DNA from: Spirochaetaceae bacterium
Lineage (GTDB): Bacteria > Spirochaetota > Spirochaetia > DSM-2461
DNA length: 64,000 bases
Direction of reading: 5' to 3'
NCBI GenBank assembly: GCA_965224705.1
Contig: OZ245056.1
Location: 1,056,001 to 1,120,000, forward strand
The notes under the pieces are model-generated. The model ran no database searches and had not been told where the DNA came from. It worked only from the letters and a program-made list of their open reading frames with translations. Every line of letters begins with the position of its first letter. The stretch's first letter is position 1. Below, piece after piece: positions 60,568 through 64,000 of this stretch. A program made the translations under genes and the position numbers.

Positions 60568-61479
60568 ATGAACATGAATAACTGGCTATTACTCCTGCTC
60601 TTGTCTTTTCTTTGGGGAGGATCTTTTTTCTTCGTCGAGGTTGCCCTCACTGAATTGCCTATTTTCACAATAGTTTTTCTGCGGGTTTCTATGGGGGCGG
60701 CGATACTATTTGTTTTTATTCTTATGACCAATAGGCGGATTCCAAGAGACAGGAAGATGTGGTTCAATTTCCTTGTGATGGGGATCCTCAACAATGTTAT
60801 TCCTTTTTGCATGATTACAGGTGGTCAACAGTTTATTAGCGGCGGGTTTGCGTCAATCCTGATTTCAACGACACCTTTCTTTGGGGTGGTTGTCGCCCAT
60901 TTATTGACGAAGGACGAGAGAATCAATGCTGGGAAAATTTTGGGCGTCGTCCTGGGGCTTTCCGGTGTCTCAATTCTTATAGGATTCGCGCCTTTACGGG
61001 ATGGGTCGAATGAATTCATTGGAATAATCGCTGTTCTCGGGGCAGCACTCTCTTACGCTTTCGCCGGTGTTTGGGGTAAACGCTTCCGATCTCTTGGCGT
61101 CGATTCAGTCGTTATCGCCGCGGGTCAGCTTATCTGCTCGACTATTCTGCTTATCCCTATAATGTCCATCGCGGACAAACCCTGGCTTCTTCCTGTGCCG
61201 TCAATCAACGTGTGGGGATCGGTTCTTGGAATAGCTTTGCTCTCAACATCTTTCGCCTACATCATCTATTTCAAAATTCTTTCGACTTCCGGAGCGACCA
61301 AAGTATTACTCGTGACATTTCTGATACCAGTCAGTGCTAATCTTCTTGGCGTTTTGATACTGTCGGAAGAGTTCCACATCCAGCACCTACTCGGTATGTT
61401 CGTTATCGGTATTGGTTTAATCGTCATGGACGCAAGCGACAGGGTCAAAATATCTCAAAAGGAGGCGGCCAAATCATGA
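60568..61479 (+). CDS. DMT/EamA transporter
   Basis: LWGGSF start; ten TM segments with a duplicated EamA pattern. Confidence 0.9.
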   Translation: MNMNNWLLLLLLSFLWGGSFFFVEVALTELPIFTIVFLRVSMGAAILFVFILMTNRRIPRDRKMWFNFLVMGILNNVIPFCMITGGQQFISGGFASILISTTPFFGVVVAHLLTKDERINAGKILGVVLGLSGVSILIGFAPLRDGSNEFIGIIAVLGAALSYAFAGVWGKRFRSLGVDSVVIAAGQLICSTILLIPIMSIADKPWLLPVPSINVWGSVLGIALLSTSFAYIIYFKILSTSGATKVLLVTFLIPVSANLLGVLILSEEFHIQHLLGMFVIGIGLIVMDASDRVKISQKEAAKS

Positions 61480-61541
61480 GTTTGGCTGCAAACGGCTGCA
61501 CCACCGCTAGTTTGGGCGTTTCTCCCTGGAAAGAAATGAAA

Positions 61542-61889
61542 ATGAGTGATCAATATCTGAAGATTGTTGAATGGTCAAAGGAAGATCAGTGCTATGTTGG
61601 CACCTGTCCCACCCTGATGCTTGGCGGCATTCACGGGGACAATGAAGCCGAGGTCTATAAAGAGCTTTGTCAAGCGGTAGAGGAATGGATCCGTATATAC
61701 GAAGAGGATGGCGATCCTCTTCCAGCGGCAACGGCCGGAAAGGAATACTCAGGCAAATTCGTTGTTCGTGTCGGTAAAGATCTGCACAAATCGCTCGCCA
61801 TTGGCGCAATGCGCCACGGCGAAAGTCTTAATGAGTATTGCGTCCATTTACTGCGAAGAGAACAGCACACGGACCGGCACTCCGGTTAG
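61542..61889 (+). CDS. hicB: HicB-family antitoxin
   Basis: WSKEDQCYVG.CP; YSGKFVVRV...LH...ESLN. Confidence 0.8.
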   Translation: MSDQYLKIVEWSKEDQCYVGTCPTLMLGGIHGDNEAEVYKELCQAVEEWIRIYEEDGDPLPAATAGKEYSGKFVVRVGKDLHKSLAIGAMRHGESLNEYCVHLLRREQHTDRHSG

Positions 61890-62172
61890 TGCTGCGCCGG
61901 ATTGGCAAAGCATTACAATAAACTCATAAATCCGCAAAATGAACCAGATAGGGATATTCAACTACAACTGAAATATATCAATCGCCTGAAGATAAATGTC
62001 GCATTTCATTGAACACATCTTTCCTCAAAATCCATACCTCTGGTGGAAACGCGACTTAGGTGGTGACGAATACAATTCCATCAAAGAAACTTACTTGAAC
62101 ACTATCGGCAACTGACCCTTAGTGAAGCGGGGGACGGTATCCCAATCAGTTCGACCAATGCCGGGGGGGAAC

Positions 62173-63309
62173 TTAAACCGAGTACTTACGAATAATCTCT
62201 TCGTTAATGTCTATACCCAAACCCGGCTTCACCGGAATACTCATAGTGCCGTTTTTCATCTCCGGGATTCCTTCGGCCAGTTCTTTCCGGAAAATATTGG
62301 AAGTCTGATCGTATTCAAGATAAACCGGTGCTGGTTCTAGGGACGGGGGAAAATCCGGGAGAGATACAGCCGCCTGAATTCCCGCTGCAAGGGCGATACC
62401 GCTTCCCCATATATGCGGAAAACATTGCACATTCGCAAGACTGCACAGCGTTATAATTTTACTCAGTTCCGAAAATCCTCCGGTAATCGTGCAATCCGGC
62501 TGAACGATATCGACACATCGGTTATTTATGAGATGTTGAAAGCCGTACCGCGTGAATTCGGCCTCTCCTCCAGAAATGGGCACGGTCAGTTTTGATTTGA
62601 CTTCCTGATAACCGGCAAGATCTTCGGGCGGAACCGGTTCTTCAAACCAACTGATATTCATCTGCTCCAATTCCCGGCCAATGGAAATAGCTGCGGCGGC
62701 GTTGTAAGCATGATTGGCATCGACCATGATTCGGATCTCTTCCCCAACCGTTTTTCGTATCGACTGAACAAGTTTCAAATCGTACTCAGCACCAAAGCCA
62801 ATTTTGATTTTAAGTGCTTTAAATCCTCTTTCGGCATAAGAGAGAGCTTCTCCTGTTGATTCAATGATTTCATTTTCGGTATACCGTCTATACATGCCCG
62901 TTGCGTATGGCGTTAGTTGATTACGAAACGCTCCGCCCATCAGCTGATACACCGGTTTGCCGGTTGCCTTTCCCTTTATGTCCCACAGGGCAATATCGAT
63001 GGCACTCAATGATTGAACCGTGACACCTTTTTGGCCGTTGTCCCGGAACATGTTGTAGAGACTGTCCCAAATCACCTGGGTGTCAAAAGGGTCTTTGCCA
63101 ATAAGCCAGAGTTTATAGTAATTATCTATAATACTTTTATGAATTTTTGCCGGTCCAAAGGCTTCTCCCCAGCCGGAGATACCTTCATCTGTGTCAATCC
63201 GGCAAATCAGAATTGTCCGGCTCCGGCACCAGGATTGGGAAAATGCGAACTGCTCTTTTTCGTCTAAGTCCTGATTTAAAATAAAAGGTGCTACGTTTGT
63301 TATGCGCAT
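62173..63309 (-). CDS. Mandelate racemase/muconate lactonizing family enzyme
   Basis: SAIDIALWDIKGK, KIKIG, MVDAN, WFEEP, GGE, QPD. Confidence 0.92.
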   Translation of the reverse strand: MRITNVAPFILNQDLDEKEQFAFSQSWCRSRTILICRIDTDEGISGWGEAFGPAKIHKSIIDNYYKLWLIGKDPFDTQVIWDSLYNMFRDNGQKGVTVQSLSAIDIALWDIKGKATGKPVYQLMGGAFRNQLTPYATGMYRRYTENEIIESTGEALSYAERGFKALKIKIGFGAEYDLKLVQSIRKTVGEEIRIMVDANHAYNAAAAISIGRELEQMNISWFEEPVPPEDLAGYQEVKSKLTVPISGGEAEFTRYGFQHLINNRCVDIVQPDCTITGGFSELSKIITLCSLANVQCFPHIWGSGIALAAGIQAAVSLPDFPPSLEPAPVYLEYDQTSNIFRKELAEGIPEMKNGTMSIPVKPGLGIDINEEIIRKYSV

Positions 63310-64000
63310 TAGAGATCAGTCCCCCTTTTTTCTTTTTTGCGGCTTCCGAAGTATTTCTTCTGCAGATAAGGAAGTATCAGAGAAATCAGAATTAGGACAA
63401 GAAAAAATTTGGAAATTCCAGTAGACACAAAACATCTGGGATCTCCCTCCGACATAAGTAGAGCACGCCTAAAATTGCTTTCAGCCATTGGCCCAAGTAT
63501 TAACCCCAAAATGGCTGGTGATGCAGAGATTTCCGCTTTTTGAAAAGCATAACCAATAATGCCAAAAAACAACATGACACCCACGTCAAAAATATTGTTT
63601 TTAAGAGCATAAGAACCGACAAAGCAAAGGACAAAAATAATCGGGACAAGAGTACTTTTCGGAACGGAAAGCACTTTTGTAAAGATTTTGACACTATTTA
63701 TTCCAAAGACAAACATACATACATTGGCAATAAGAAATCCAAAAAATAAGGAGTACACAATTGCTCCATTGTTCTGAAAAAGCAAAGGCCCAGGCTGAAG
63801 TCCCTGGACAGTCAATGCACCAATCATTATTGCAGCAACGGCATCACCGGGCACTCCCAAAGTCAGCATAGGTATAAGAGCACCGCCGGTAACGCCATTA
63901 TTTGCAGCTTCAGGAGCCGCAATAGCTTCCGGTATTCCCGTCCCAAATTTTTCCGGTCGTTTTGAAAAACTCTTAGCCTGTCCATAGGCAAAAAAGGATG
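63309..64000 (-). CDS. tctA: Tripartite tricarboxylate transporter TctA, 3' part (runs off the window)
   Basis: APEAANN..TGGALIPMLTLGVPGD, GLQPGP, ILGLILGPMAE. Confidence 0.9.
   Translation of the reverse strand, partial: SFFAYGQAKSFSKRPEKFGTGIPEAIAAPEAANNGVTGGALIPMLTLGVPGDAVAAIMIGALTVQGLQPGPLLFQNNGAIVYSLFFGFLIANVCMFVFGINSVKIFTKVLSVPKSTLVPIIFVLCFVGSYALKNNIFDVGVMLFFGIIGYAFQKAEISASPAILGLILGPMAESNFRRALLMSEGDPRCFVSTGISKFFLVLILISLILPYLQKKYFGSRKKEKRGTDL

Overview
A bacterial chromosomal window (host possibly a spirochaete; this is inference only). Housekeeping blocks (carAB, purL-E-C-F-M-N-D, gntR-pxpABC-TRAP, assorted enzymes and transporters) alternate with heavily rearranged accessory DNA. The left end holds the trailer end of a type I-C CRISPR array (9 repeats) and a variant I-C operon (cas5, cas8c frameshifted at an A7 tract with a likely internal cas11 start, cas7, cas3), with no cas1/2/4 in view. 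The most striking structure lies at about 9.6-33 kb. Three copies of an internally deleted integron-type tyrosine recombinase gene are each followed by the same attI-like site and a different gene-cassette array with recognisable attC sites. The cassettes carry an Mrr-like nuclease, a whole type II R-M system and several exported proteins. Two of these platforms adjoin a duplicated 240-bp carB 3' end, and one copy reads like the junction of a circularised element. A group II intron, ISL3, IS1380, IS3/IS256/ISAs1 remnants and a multi-copy hairpin-rich MITE interrupt cassettes and attC sites. A tandem pair of AAA-ATPase/PD-(D/E)XK genes differs mainly in one block. All calls come from reading motifs by eye; no searches were run, and single-base lesions could be assembly errors.
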